Part shown: piece after piece, positions 1 to 9,008 of the stretch
Layout of the letters: every line of letters begins with the position of its first letter
Position numbering within the stretch: position 1 is the stretch's first letter
DNA from: a bacterium
GTDB lineage: Bacteria > Patescibacteriota > Minisyncoccia > Moranbacterales > UBA9337
Length of the DNA: 64,000 bases
Assembly (NCBI GenBank): GCA_021159185.1
Contig: JAGGSH010000012.1
Span: forward strand, 1,235 to 65,234
Reading direction: 5' to 3'
The notes under the pieces: generated by a model
Database searches by the model: none
The model's input: only the letters and a program-made list of their open reading frames with translations
Told to the model about the DNA's origin: nothing
Position numbers and translations under genes: made by a program

Positions 1-221
1 CAAAAAAGTCGTCCACTGGGGATGAAGTGGGAAAATTTCTTTCAGTAAGTTTTGTAGGACTGCTGATAAATATCGGGATGGCTTCACTGATTGTTTTCAG
101 TTTTCAGTCATCTAATGTAACATCGCCGGAGCGCCTAGCCAACATCGGCGCCGGCGCCGCCACAATCGTTTCCCTGATTTGGAATTTCATCGGATATAAG
201 TTTTGGGTGTTTAAGAAATAA
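1..221 (+). CDS. GtrA-family membrane protein, C-terminal part (5' end outside window)
   Basis: Frame is open from nt 3 to the stop at 221. The listed ORF begins at a GTG only because of the window edge. Hydrophobic helices and a C-terminal YKFWVFKK motif are typical of GtrA-like proteins. Confidence 0.5.
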   Translation, partial: KKSSTGDEVGKFLSVSFVGLLINIGMASLIVFSFQSSNVTSPERLANIGAGAATIVSLIWNFIGYKFWVFKK

Positions 222-544
222 ACTTCTCGCTTTTCAAATAAATTAATCTTCCACTCGGGAGATTTTTTTATTTAGCAACGCGATACTACCATTCAACTAC
301 ATAAGGTAGTGTTTTTATTTTTCCCTTTTTTAAATTTTCACCTCTCTGCTCACGACCGTGACGAGGTGAAATTCAAAGAATCCCTGTTTTTAAACAGGGA
401 TTCTTTGCGTGAAGTTTTTTGTGAGGTTATGAAAGATATTTACAAATGTTTTAGTTTTTTCTCGTGGCAAAGTGTTTTCTTTTTTATTTTACTCAAAAGT
501 GCTAGAATGATTTTGAGTGAAGAAATAAAATTATAAATCAATTT

Positions 545-2308
545 ATGTCCGCTACTCTATATCGCAAATATCGCCCCCGGAAATTTTCCGATGTTATCGG
601 TCAGCAAGCTATCGTTAGAACTCTTTCCAACGCCGTGAAGTATAATCGCGTCGGACAGGCGTATCTTTTTGCCGGTCCGCGGGGAACCGGAAAAACCACC
701 TTGGCCAGAATTTTGGCTATGGCGGTTAATTGCGCCAATTTGTCCAGCGAGGAACGAGCTGATAACAAATTGAGCGTCCGCCGAAGCGAAGCGAAGGCGA
801 ATAAGCTTCCTAGCGAGAAACAAACCGCGGAACCTTGCTTTAAATGCGATGCCTGCCGGCAAATCTCACAGGGAAAATCTTTAGACATTATTGAAATTGA
901 CGCCGCTTCCAACACGGGAGTGGATAATATTCGAGAGCTAAGGGAAACCGTCAAGCTTCCTCCGGCTCAAGCGAAATATAAAGTGTATATTATAGATGAG
1001 GTTCACATGCTCTCCATCGGCGCTTTCAACGCGCTTCTCAAAACTCTGGAAGAACCGCCTGAACATGTGATTTTTATTTTGGCCACCACCGAAATCCACA
1101 AGCTTCCGGAAACTATTCTTTCCCGCTGCCAACGCTTTGATTTTTCCCGCCTCTCCTTGGAAAACATAATTAAGAAGCTGGCGTTAATCGCCAAGAGTGA
1201 AAAAGTTAAGATAGAAAAAGCGGCGTTGGAAATGATCGCTATGGCTGCTGAAGGCGGAATGCGAGACGCGGAATCACTGCTCTCCCAGATTATGTCGCTA
1301 GAAGACAAAAATATAACCTCCAAAGAAGTGGAAGAAATTCTGGGAACCACTAATCGCCAGCCCATAGAACAAATGGTTGATTATTTACTGCAAGGAAAAA
1401 CTTCTTCAGCCCTAAAACTCACCAGCCAATTAACCAAAGACGGGTATGATCTGGAGATTTTCAGCAAGTCTTTGCTTAATTATTTCCGCCAGCTAATGCT
1501 GATTGCCGTCAATCCTGAAACTGCCAAAAGTTTTTCCTTTGAACTTACTTCGGAGCAAATCAAAAAAATGGAAACGCTCGCCCGAAAATCCCCGGTTTCG
1601 GAAATTTTGAAAATAATTGATTTAATCAGCGAGGCAAAAGATAAAATAAAATCTTCCTTCATTCCTCAGCTTCCTTTGGAAATGGCAATCGTAAAAATTG
1701 GCCGCGAAGAAAATCCTCCATCTTTTTCAGAAACTAATCCACCAACCATTAATCCCTCCTCTGCTGCCAACCGTGAAAATCCGCCTCAAGAAAAAATTTC
1801 TCCTCCTGAACCTAAATCAGCCGAAGTTGAAACTAAACAGTCTGCTAAAATAATAAAGCCTAAAATTGAGCCGGATGTTTCAAAGAATATAGACAAAATA
1901 TCAGATAATAACAAACAAAATCCAGATTCTAAAAAATCCGAAGTTTCTCTTGACAATATCAAAGAAAACTGGAAAAATATATTAATTAAAGTTGAATCAC
2001 TGAATCATTCCATATCCTCCATTTTAGCCGGCTGCCAACCCATTAAGATTGAGAATAATATCATAGTTATTGCCACTAAATATGGTTTTTATAAAGACCG
2101 GCTCAATGAGAATAAAAACAAAAAAGCTATTGAAGATATTGTAAGCGACATTTTAAAATTTAAAATAAACATTGAAATTCTTACTGAAGAAGAATCCGGA
2201 GTGAAGCTGGAAACAGCCGATGAAAAACCTAGCGAGAAAAAAGGAACGCAGAGTAATTTGCTTTTATCCGACGCTATGGAAATGATGGGAGGAAAAATCG
2301 TTGAATAA
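545..2308 (+). CDS. dnaX: DNA polymerase III subunit gamma/tau
   Basis: N-terminus YRPRKFSDVIGQ, Walker A GPRGTGKTT and the CxxC zinc module match DnaX. A ~33-aa low-complexity insertion precedes the zinc module. C-terminal half is K/E/P-rich. Confidence 0.93.
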   Translation: MSATLYRKYRPRKFSDVIGQQAIVRTLSNAVKYNRVGQAYLFAGPRGTGKTTLARILAMAVNCANLSSEERADNKLSVRRSEAKANKLPSEKQTAEPCFKCDACRQISQGKSLDIIEIDAASNTGVDNIRELRETVKLPPAQAKYKVYIIDEVHMLSIGAFNALLKTLEEPPEHVIFILATTEIHKLPETILSRCQRFDFSRLSLENIIKKLALIAKSEKVKIEKAALEMIAMAAEGGMRDAESLLSQIMSLEDKNITSKEVEEILGTTNRQPIEQMVDYLLQGKTSSALKLTSQLTKDGYDLEIFSKSLLNYFRQLMLIAVNPETAKSFSFELTSEQIKKMETLARKSPVSEILKIIDLISEAKDKIKSSFIPQLPLEMAIVKIGREENPPSFSETNPPTINPSSAANRENPPQEKISPPEPKSAEVETKQSAKIIKPKIEPDVSKNIDKISDNNKQNPDSKKSEVSLDNIKENWKNILIKVESLNHSISSILAGCQPIKIENNIIVIATKYGFYKDRLNENKNKKAIEDIVSDILKFKINIEILTEEESGVKLETADEKPSEKKGTQSNLLLSDAMEMMGGKIVE

Positions 2309-2309
2309 T

Positions 2310-2381
2310 TGCCCGGTGGCCAAGCGGTAAGGCGCCAGATTTTGGTTCTGGTATTCGCAGGTCCGAATCCTGCCCGGGCAA
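2310..2381 (+). tRNA. tRNA-Gln (anticodon UUG)
   Basis: Folds by eye into a cloverleaf: acceptor TGCCCGG/CCGGGCA, D-arm GCCAAGCGGTAAGGC (classic tRNA-Gln), anticodon stem CCAGA/TCTGG with loop TTTTGGT, T-arm GCAGG-TCCGAAT-CCTGC. CCA is not encoded. Confidence 0.8.
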
Positions 2382-2425
2382 CAGACAAGAATAAAAAACA
2401 GTTCTTACAAAAAGGGGGTTAAAAG

Positions 2426-2620
2426 ATGCTAGACATTCTTCATAAATCCATAACTCCGATGAATTTTCAGGAGTTTAACGAATTCCTGGAGCATAGAAAA
2501 AAAATAACGAGAAATTTGAAGAAAGGAGAATGCCCTTCGGGAGCAATCTGCAATGACCCGAAATGTCTCCATTGCCAAGAATATTTAAGACGCATGAAGG
2601 TCAAAGATGGTTATTTTTAA
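2426..2620 (+). CDS. hypothetical small Cys-rich protein (C-x5-C-x4-C-x2-C)
   Basis: 64-aa ORF preceded by the RBS AAGGGGG. Followed by a hairpin terminator. No recognisable family. Confidence 0.4.
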   Translation: MLDILHKSITPMNFQEFNEFLEHRKKITRNLKKGECPSGAICNDPKCLHCQEYLRRMKVKDGYF

Positions 2621-2640
2621 AAAAACCAGACAAACAAAAA

Positions 2641-2666
2641 CCCTGCCAAAAATGACAGGGTTTTTT
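2641..2666. terminator. rho-independent terminator, probably bidirectional
   Basis: Hairpin CCCTGcCA-aaaaTGACAGGG followed by TTTTTT on +. An A-run on the other side lets it also serve the convergent rplL on -. Confidence 0.55.
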
Positions 2667-2742
2667 AAGTTTTACAATCGCGGAAAGTTATTATCAGCAC
2701 ACCAATATATTAATATATTGGTGTATTGGCACACTGCTTGCC

Positions 2743-3219
2743 CTACTTTAAGGTAACTGTGGCTCCGGCCTCTTCCAGTTTTTTCTTCATTTCTTCCGCT
2801 TCTTCTTTGGCTACTTTTTCTTTAATTACTTTAGGAGCGGCGTCTACTAAATCTTTAGCATCTTTAAGCCCCACTCCGGTGATTTCTCTAACAGCTTTGA
2901 TGGCGTTGATTTTTTGGTCTCCGCTAGCGGTTATCTCTACATCAAATTCCGATTTTTCTTCTTTGCCTTCCTCGGCTTCTCCGGCCGCCGGCGCAACACC
3001 CACTGCCATTGGAACGGCGGCGCTAACACCAAACTTCTCTTCCAGGATTTTCACTAATTCTGAAAGCTCTAAAACACTCATTTTCTCAATTTCTTCCACT
3101 AGCTTTTGGAATTTCTTCGGAACTTCCACTTCTTTTTTGTCTTCCTTACTCTCAACATCTTTTTTTTCTACTTTCTTATCCTCCGTAGCTTTAGCGGAGG
3201 CGGATTTTTCTTCAGTCAT
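2743..3219 (-). CDS. rplL: 50S ribosomal protein L7/L12 with a K/E-rich N-terminal extension
   Basis: [19 protein letters not shown] and the C-terminal [20 protein letters not shown]...ATVTLK are canonical L7/L12. About 35 extra lysine/glutamate-rich residues sit at the N-terminus. Confidence 0.92.
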   Translation of the reverse strand: MTEEKSASAKATEDKKVEKKDVESKEDKKEVEVPKKFQKLVEEIEKMSVLELSELVKILEEKFGVSAAVPMAVGVAPAAGEAEEGKEEKSEFDVEITASGDQKINAIKAVREITGVGLKDAKDLVDAAPKVIKEKVAKEEAEEMKKKLEEAGATVTLK

Positions 3220-3273
3220 AGTTTTATTGTTTATTTAATTAGTTAATTAATTATTTACATTAAACTCCCTTAA

Positions 3274-3499
3274 TGTCATTCCGGAATTTTTTCCGGAACG
3301 CCTGCCTGCCGGCAGGCAGGAAGTGAAAGAAAAAATATTCGGAATCTAGGTTAATTAAATTTTTTTAAGCGTGAGATAACTGAAAGCGTAGATTCCGGAT
3401 ATTTTCCTTTGCTATCGCTACGGAAAATTCCGGAATGACAATAGGTTAAGATTCCGGATAAATTTTTCCGCTACTGCTTCAAAATTTTCCGGAATGACA
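3274..3499. repeat. Family A palindromic MITE-like element (copy A1: one full ~167-bp unit plus a partial second 3' half)
   Basis: Termini are TGTCATTCCGG...CCGGAATGACA. Internal palindrome is CCTGCCTGCCGGCAGGCAGG. About 85-90% identical to copy A2 at 51385-51549. Fills the rplJ-rplL spacer. Confidence 0.85.
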
Positions 3500-3531
3500 T
3501 AAGGCATACTCGCAATCAATCTTGAAACAGC

Positions 3532-4050
3532 CTACGCTTTCTTTTCTCCTATCGCCTTCAACGCTTGCACTAAACTTCTCTGATTTCCCCGTAAAACATT
3601 CATAAATCCGCTCAAAGGCGAACTTAAACCTCCCACCAGCTTCGCCAATAATTCTTCCTTGCTTGGAAGTTTCGCCAAAGCTTTAATTTCCTCCACGCTC
3701 ATTTCTTTAACGCCCAGCAAACCTCCCAAAATTTTTAAATTCTCGTTTTTTTTGGAAAACTTGCTGATAATTTTAGCCGCGGCGGTTTCATCTTCGGAAG
3801 ATACGGACACAGCAATTTGCCCTTCCATTTTTTTGACATCCAAATCGGTGCCGGTATTTTTCAGCGCGATATTGATAAGATTTTTTTTCGCGACTTTAAA
3901 GCTGGCTCCTTCTTTTTTCAGTTCTTTCTTAAGGCTGGTCATATCTTTCACTTCCAAACCCTTGAAATCAGAAAACACCACCGCCTTAGCCGATTTTATT
4001 TCTTCCGCCAAATTTTTAACAATTTCTTCTTTCTGCTTTCTGGTTAGCAT
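3532..4050 (-). CDS. rplJ: 50S ribosomal protein L10
   Basis: MLTRKQKEEIVKNL... is a canonical L10 start at the ATG at 4050-4048. The listed ORF (to 4185) adds 45 N-terminal codons that are read-through of repeat copy C1. Confidence 0.88.
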   Translation of the reverse strand: MLTRKQKEEIVKNLAEEIKSAKAVVFSDFKGLEVKDMTSLKKELKKEGASFKVAKKNLINIALKNTGTDLDVKKMEGQIAVSVSSEDETAAAKIISKFSKKNENLKILGGLLGVKEMSVEEIKALAKLPSKEELLAKLVGGLSSPLSGFMNVLRGNQRSLVQALKAIGEKKA

Positions 4051-4072
4051 AAATTTATATTTTATCGTCTTA

Positions 4073-4204
4073 CCTCCCCTCCTCTTTGAGGAGGGGATTG
4101 AGGGGTGGTGTGTGAATGCTCTGGCTGTAGACTTATTAGCTAAGCTGGTGATATTCACACCCCTCCGTCCCGCTAAGCGGGACACCTCCCCTCAAAGAGG
4201 GGAT
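4073..4204. repeat. Family C palindromic element (copy C1)
   Basis: Terminal hairpin CCCCTCCTCTTTGAGGAGGGG. Inner inverted repeats GAGGGGTGGTGTGTGAAT...ATTCACACCCCTC. The 3' hairpin is TCCCCTCAAAGAGGGGA. Second copy at 6050-6146. Confidence 0.8.
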
Positions 4205-4413
4205 GATGTTTTTTCTAATTTCTAATTTTAAAAAATCCGCGTTCCGCAGATTTAAACCAAGCCTTAATAAATTTCGGCTTCATCCTCAACAGGTCTTATG
4301 TGTTCACATACCGCCTGCTTTCTGCGGATATTTTTTATTTACTTTTCTATTAAGATTGTATATTGTTTTGGAAAAATGTCAATGCTATTATTTCTTTTAT
4401 TTTTATTTTATTT

Positions 4414-4908
4414 TTAGCCTTTCTTTTTTTCTTCTGCTTTTTTCGCCAGCTTAGCATCTTTAATTTTTTCCTTTTTCACTTCAGCATTCTCTTTCTTAGC
4501 GCTCTCTTCTACTTTTTCTTCCGCTTTCTTTTCTTCCGGCTTTTTTTTCACTTCTTCCTTTTTTTCTTCCTTCACTTCCTCTTTATCCTCCGGCTTAATT
4601 TCTTCAGTCTTTTTATCTCCTTCTTTCTTCCCCTTCTCCTTCTTTGGGGTTATTTTTACGAAACGCTTTTTACCTTTGATAACGCCCTGTTTTACTAAAA
4701 CATTATAAACCGAATCGGAAATTTGGGCGCCGTTTTTTATCCAATATTCAATCCTTTCTTTCTTAAAAACGCCCTTTTTAAAATGAGGATCGTAGCTTCC
4801 CAAAATCTCAATATGTTTTCCGGAGGGAGCCGCCGTACGCTCTTGCGCTACAATCCTGAATTGAGCTCTATTTTTTTTTCCCACTCTTGAAAATCTTATA
4901 ACTAGCAT
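4414..4908 (-). CDS. rpsP: 30S ribosomal protein S16 with ~85-aa K/E-rich C-terminal tail
   Basis: MLVIRFSRVGKKNRAQFRIVAQERTAAPSGKHIEILGSYDP is canonical S16. It is followed by a long KEEK low-complexity tail. Confidence 0.9.
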   Translation of the reverse strand: MLVIRFSRVGKKNRAQFRIVAQERTAAPSGKHIEILGSYDPHFKKGVFKKERIEYWIKNGAQISDSVYNVLVKQGVIKGKKRFVKITPKKEKGKKEGDKKTEEIKPEDKEEVKEEKKEEVKKKPEEKKAEEKVEESAKKENAEVKKEKIKDAKLAKKAEEKKKG

Positions 4909-4973
4909 TGATTTTTTATTATCTTTAATTACTAGCTTAACTTATAGCATATTTAAAGCTTTGTCAAATAAGA

Positions 4974-5127
4974 CCCTCTCCCCATTTCCAAGAGGGAGAT
5001 GTCCGTAGGACAGAGGGGATTTCTTAATTTAAGTTTGAGCTAAAAATCTACACGCTCAATTATTCAATGCTTTTCAAATCCCCCCTGCTCGCTTCGCTTG
5101 CTTTCCCCCTTTTCTAAAGGGGGAGTT
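4974..5127. repeat. Family D palindromic element (copy D1)
   Basis: Terminal hairpins CTCTCCC..GGGAGAT and CCCCCTTTTCTAAAGGGGG. Internal GGGGATTTC...TTTTCAAATCCCCCC inverted motif is shared with D2 (50000-50133) and D3 (54357-54480). Confidence 0.75.
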
Positions 5128-5159
5128 TTAAACTATTTTTCTCTTTAACTTACCTCACT

Positions 5160-6005
5160 TTATTCTCCCTCAAACGCCGCTTTCAAATCTTCTCTGGCTT
5201 TTTCCATCGCGGTTTTAAAATCTTCAACGGCTTTCCGTATTGCTTGATTTTTAATCTCGGCTAATTCTCGCGCAGTTTCTCCCACTTTTTCAACTTTTTC
5301 CCTATTGGCTTTAAATTCTTCGCGCGCCGCCCTAAGATCTTCTCTGAAAGATTTCATTGTTTCTTTTGAATCGCTTTCTTCTTTGCAGGCAGATTTCACT
5401 TTTTCGGCTGCCGCTTTTTCGGCGTCTTTAAGTTCGGACACTAATTCATCAATGGAAGATTTTCTGCCGCTAATTATTTCTTTAACTCCTTGGCGGAAAG
5501 TTTGAACCGCCTCGTCAATAGCTTTTCTTCTTTTGGCCACCGCTATCTCAACGGCTTTCTGGAAATTTTCTACCGCTTCTTTCTGCTCGCTATTTTCCGC
5601 TTTTATTTCCAGTTTTTTATAATATTCATCTCTCGCTTCGTCTCTTCTGGCGCGGCGCTCCGCAATTCTAGCGTCTCTTTCATTGCGACGGTCCTCTAAA
5701 TTACTCGAATGATTCGCCCGCCAAGTTTCCAGCCTATTTTCGCGATTCGCGATTCGCTGTTCCACTTTGGATATTATTCCGGCAACGCGGGAACACATTT
5801 TCTCTTTCACTTTTTCCATATTTTCTTCTTTTTTCCCCTCAATATCCTCTTTGATTTTTTGTGATCTGGCTTCCTGGTTTTCTTTTATTTGTTCCGCATT
5901 TTTTCTAGCCGTAACAGCCCAATCTAGAAATGCTTCCGCCGAATAAATATTAACGGAAAACACCAGTCCAAGCACTGCGGTTAAAAATAAAATTTTGTTT
6001 TTCAT
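5160..6005 (-). CDS. secreted coiled-coil protein (signal peptide, then highly charged E/K/R-rich helical region)
   Basis: N-terminus MKNKILFLTAVLGLVFSVNIYSAEA looks like a signal peptide. The remainder is low-complexity charged heptad-like sequence. No family assignment possible. Confidence 0.55.
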   Translation of the reverse strand: MKNKILFLTAVLGLVFSVNIYSAEAFLDWAVTARKNAEQIKENQEARSQKIKEDIEGKKEENMEKVKEKMCSRVAGIISKVEQRIANRENRLETWRANHSSNLEDRRNERDARIAERRARRDEARDEYYKKLEIKAENSEQKEAVENFQKAVEIAVAKRRKAIDEAVQTFRQGVKEIISGRKSSIDELVSELKDAEKAAAEKVKSACKEESDSKETMKSFREDLRAAREEFKANREKVEKVGETARELAEIKNQAIRKAVEDFKTAMEKAREDLKAAFEGE

Positions 6006-6049
6006 ATTTTTAGTGAGTTAAAAAATTAATGAATTAATGCTCAAGACAT

Positions 6050-6146
6050 CCTCCCCTCCTCTTTGAGGAGGGGATTGAGGGGTGGTGTTGTTTTCGCTGG
6101 CGATATTCACACCCCCCAGCCCTCCCCTCAAAGAGGGGAGGGGGCA
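6050..6146. repeat. Family C palindromic element (copy C2)
   Basis: CCTCCCCTCCTCTTTGAGGAGGGGATTGAGGGGTGGTGT...ATTCACACCCC..CCCTCAAAGAGGGGAGGGGG. Near-identical termini to C1. Confidence 0.8.
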
Positions 6147-6148
6147 AT

Positions 6149-6460
6149 TTAAAGCAACTCCGCGTCATCAATTGATTCTAAATCTATATCCTCGTCAAAA
6201 TTATCCAAGCTTTCTAAATCGCTTTCAAAATCTTCAATATCTGCCTCAAAATCAGCGTCTGAATTTCCCATATCAATTTCAGGGACTGTTTCATTTTCCG
6301 GCAAAATCTTTTCTTCCGATAAACTAGGGTTTAAATTACCAGCCGGAGCTGAAATTTCCAATTCGTCGTTTTTTAAAAAGCTACTATTTATAATCAATAG
6401 GATACCGGCTATGATAATAAATACTCCGAAAAGTATCCACCCGTAATATTTTTTTGCCAT
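6149..6460 (-). CDS. small membrane-anchored acidic protein
   Basis: N-terminal TM helix WILFGVFIIIAGILLII followed by a D/E-rich tail. Its 3' end abuts repeat C2. Confidence 0.4.
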   Translation of the reverse strand: MAKKYYGWILFGVFIIIAGILLIINSSFLKNDELEISAPAGNLNPSLSEEKILPENETVPEIDMGNSDADFEADIEDFESDLESLDNFDEDIDLESIDDAELL

Positions 6461-6527
6461 ATATTTTTGTTTTTATTTGATTAACTTTGATTATTAAATT
6501 ATACAATATTATTTTGCAAATTACTAA

Positions 6528-8873
6528 TTATTTTTCTATTTTTCCATCCTGTCTTACTTGTTCAAGATTAACCGACAAAAGTTTTGACACGCCGTTTTCG
6601 CCCATTGTCACTCCGTAAAGCAATGAGGCTTGGCGCATTGTTTCGCGGTTATGAGTGATAATAATAAATTGGGTATTGCCGGACAATTCCCGCACGATGC
6701 GATTAAAGCGTTTGGCGTTGGACTCGTCCAGCGCCGCTTCCACTTCATCCAACGCCGCGAAAGGAGGCGGATTGAAAGAGATGATGGCAAAGAGAAGCGC
6801 GATAGATGTAAGCGACCGTTCCCCTCCGGAAAGCATCGCGAGGCTGGAGATTTTTTTCCCCGGCGGACAAGCTGAAATATCAATTCCGATTTCTTCTTTT
6901 TCCGACTGATTACTTTCGCCATTATCATTTTCTAATTCCGCTAAACTGTTTTCATCATTTTCCGCTTTTTCTTTTCCAATTCTCAATTCTTGGCTTTTGA
7001 CTTTTGACTTTTGACTTTTGACTTTTGACTTTGTCAGCTTCGCGTTTCCTCCTCCAAAAATCACGCGAAAGTATTTCGTGAATTCTTTGTTTATTCGCGC
7101 GAAGGCTGTTATAAAAACTTCGTTTATTTTTTTGTCCATTTCCTTCACTACCTCCTTGAGAGAATTTATCGCGTCTTCTAAGTCTTTTGATTCTTTAATT
7201 AGAAAATCAAAGCGGCTGTTCGTTTCCTGATATTCTTTTAGTACTATTGGATCGATTCCGCCTATCTGCTCCATCTGTATTTTAAGCCTTGTGATTTCTT
7301 TTCTTAAATCATCTTCGCTGACGGGCTGGCCGTCATACTTCAATTCGCTAACGCTAATTTTAAGCTCATCTCTAACTTCGCTAATTAAATCTTCCTCCTT
7401 AACTTCAACACGAGCCAGTTTTATTTTAGCCTCGTTAAATTGGTCTTTAAATCTATTCAGCTCATCTTGCTTGGCGCGCAATTGTCTCTCAACTTCAAAG
7501 AAATGCCGACGCGCCTTTTTATCTTCTTCAATCTCATCATTAATATTTTTATCCAATTTTTTCAGGTTTTCTTTCAGTAAGCTAATATTTTTAGCCGTTT
7601 TTTCTTGATTTTCTTGAAATTCTTTAATTCTTTTTTCCGTGTCTTTTTTCTCATCCGTTTCAACTAATGATTTTTCAACTTTTATTTCCCTCTTGCCTAC
7701 GGCTGAATAAAGCTTATGCAGATTTTGCTGGATGGCTCTGGCAAATTCTTTAATCTCTTGAAGCTCTTTCAAAGTTTCTATTTTTTCCAGTCTTTTAATT
7801 AATTTTTCCTGGCTGCGGCGAATTTGTTCCAAATTAGACTGGACATAATTCAAGTCAACCGGAATGCTTTGGATAATTTTTTGCTGGGATTGTTTTTCTT
7901 TCAATAATTCTATTCTTCCCTCTGTTATCACCAGTTCTTTTTCCAAATCATTAAGTTTTTGGCGCGTGTCGTTTCGTTTTCTTTCCAACTCTTCCTGCTT
8001 TTCCATCCCTCGCGTTTTTTTTGATTCGGCCTGCATTTCGTCATTAAGCTTGTCCGCTTCACGCTGAATATTTATGGCTTTTCTGCCCAGCTGTTCTTTT
8101 TCTTCATACGAACCGTCTTTTTCGGCCTGAAAAGCGTTCCAAAGATAAGAAAATAATTTCATCCGTTTTTCTTTAAGTTTTTGGGAAACTTCTTTTCCTT
8201 TTTTAGCTTTTTCCGCTTGCCGTTTGAGCATTTTAAGATGTGGTTCAATTTCATTGGCTAATTCTTTTACTCGCTCCAAATTTTTTTTGGTTGATTCAAT
8301 TTTTTTTAGCGCTCGCGCTTTTTTAATTTGGAATTGCTTGACGCCGGCCGCGTCTTCTAAGATTGTCCGCCGTTCACTAGGCGAAGCGTTTAAAACTTCG
8401 TCGGACATGCCTTGATTGATTACGCAGTAGCTTTTTTTTCCTATGCCCGCTTTGGCCAAAATGTCAACAATGTCAATCAATCGCGCGCGGCTTCCGTTAA
8501 TTAAATATTCGGATTCTCCGTTTCTAAAAAGCTTGCGGCTTATTGCCACTTCTGAAAAATCCAGCGGTATTTTTTTATCGGAATTGTCAAAATATAAAGT
8601 GGCCGAAGCGCAGCCTAAGCGCGCTTTTTCTCCCGATCCGGCAAAAATAATATCTTCCGATTTTTTTCCGCGCAGGCTTTTCATTGACTGTTCGCCCATC
8701 ACCCATTGGATAGCGTCGGCTATATTGGATTTCCCCGATCCATTGGGGCCGACAATCACGGTTATGCCGCAGTTTTTACTTCCATTATTAAGACTGCGCG
8801 CCGGCGAAAAATCCAGCGTGGTTTTTTTAGCAAAAGACTTAAATCCCGATAATTCTAATTTTCTCAAAAACAT
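6528..8873 (-). CDS. smc: SMC-family chromosome segregation ATPase, short form (~782 aa, no obvious hinge)
   Basis: N-terminal MFLRKLELSGFKSF...GPNGSGKSNIADAIQWVMGEQS (Walker A). C-terminal LSGGERSLTSIALLFAI...ALDEVEAALDE (signature and Walker B). The middle is continuous coiled coil with no recognisable hinge domain. The listed ORF (to 9014) adds 47 codons read through repeat copy A3. The true start is the ATG at 8873-8871. Confidence 0.8.
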   Translation of the reverse strand: MFLRKLELSGFKSFAKKTTLDFSPARSLNNGSKNCGITVIVGPNGSGKSNIADAIQWVMGEQSMKSLRGKKSEDIIFAGSGEKARLGCASATLYFDNSDKKIPLDFSEVAISRKLFRNGESEYLINGSRARLIDIVDILAKAGIGKKSYCVINQGMSDEVLNASPSERRTILEDAAGVKQFQIKKARALKKIESTKKNLERVKELANEIEPHLKMLKRQAEKAKKGKEVSQKLKEKRMKLFSYLWNAFQAEKDGSYEEKEQLGRKAINIQREADKLNDEMQAESKKTRGMEKQEELERKRNDTRQKLNDLEKELVITEGRIELLKEKQSQQKIIQSIPVDLNYVQSNLEQIRRSQEKLIKRLEKIETLKELQEIKEFARAIQQNLHKLYSAVGKREIKVEKSLVETDEKKDTEKRIKEFQENQEKTAKNISLLKENLKKLDKNINDEIEEDKKARRHFFEVERQLRAKQDELNRFKDQFNEAKIKLARVEVKEEDLISEVRDELKISVSELKYDGQPVSEDDLRKEITRLKIQMEQIGGIDPIVLKEYQETNSRFDFLIKESKDLEDAINSLKEVVKEMDKKINEVFITAFARINKEFTKYFRVIFGGGNAKLTKSKVKSQKSKVKSQELRIGKEKAENDENSLAELENDNGESNQSEKEEIGIDISACPPGKKISSLAMLSGGERSLTSIALLFAIISFNPPPFAALDEVEAALDESNAKRFNRIVRELSGNTQFIIITHNRETMRQASLLYGVTMGENGVSKLLSVNLEQVRQDGKIEK
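6993..7034. repeat. tandem 7-nt repeat (CTTTTGA)x5-6 inside smc
   Basis: Encodes KSKVKSQKSKVKSQ in the SMC C-terminal head (21-nt protein-level period). Confidence 0.8.
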
Positions 8874-8923
8874 ACAATTTTTCTCAAAATTTCTGACTCT
8901 ACTAAAACGATAGAAATTCCTTT

Positions 8924-9008
8924 TGTCATTCCCGCGTAGGCGGGAATCTAGGATGAAATCGCCAGTTTCAGAAATTACTCTAGATTCCCGATCAAGTCGG
9001 GAATGACA
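8924..9008. repeat. Family A palindromic element (copy A3, short cccg subtype)
   Basis: TGTCATTCCCGCGTAGGCGGGAAT....GATTCCCGATCAAGTCGGGAATGACA. The internal ~36-bp segment is the reverse complement of the one in A6 and A4. Confidence 0.85.

Noticed and set aside
309-536. 75-aa ORF upstream of dnaX
   Set aside because: Phe/Leu-rich translation of an AT-rich, hairpin-containing leader. No RBS. More likely a non-coding regulatory region.
1555-1620. Possible dnaX programmed -1 frameshift at an A7 run (ATCAAAAAAATGG, ~1563-1572) to make a gamma subunit
   Set aside because: The heptamer is C-AAA-AAA rather than A-AAA-AAG. The -1 frame would stop after 17 codons within what should still be domain III. 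No downstream stem-loop is evident. Probably coincidental.
557-2388. Minus-strand ORFs overlapping dnaX (557..862, 601..954, 938..1132, 1003..1365, 1480..1662, 2089..2388)
   Set aside because: All are internal to, and antisense of, an unambiguous dnaX. The last one also runs through tRNA-Gln.
2726-4698. Listed ORFs antisense to rplL (2726..3238 +), rplJ (3659..4225 +, 3817..4047 +) and the rpsP tail (4363..4698 +, 4203..4454 +)
   Set aside because: They are low-complexity mirror translations of K/E-rich coding sequence or of repeat elements. The opposite strand has clear ribosomal-protein homology.
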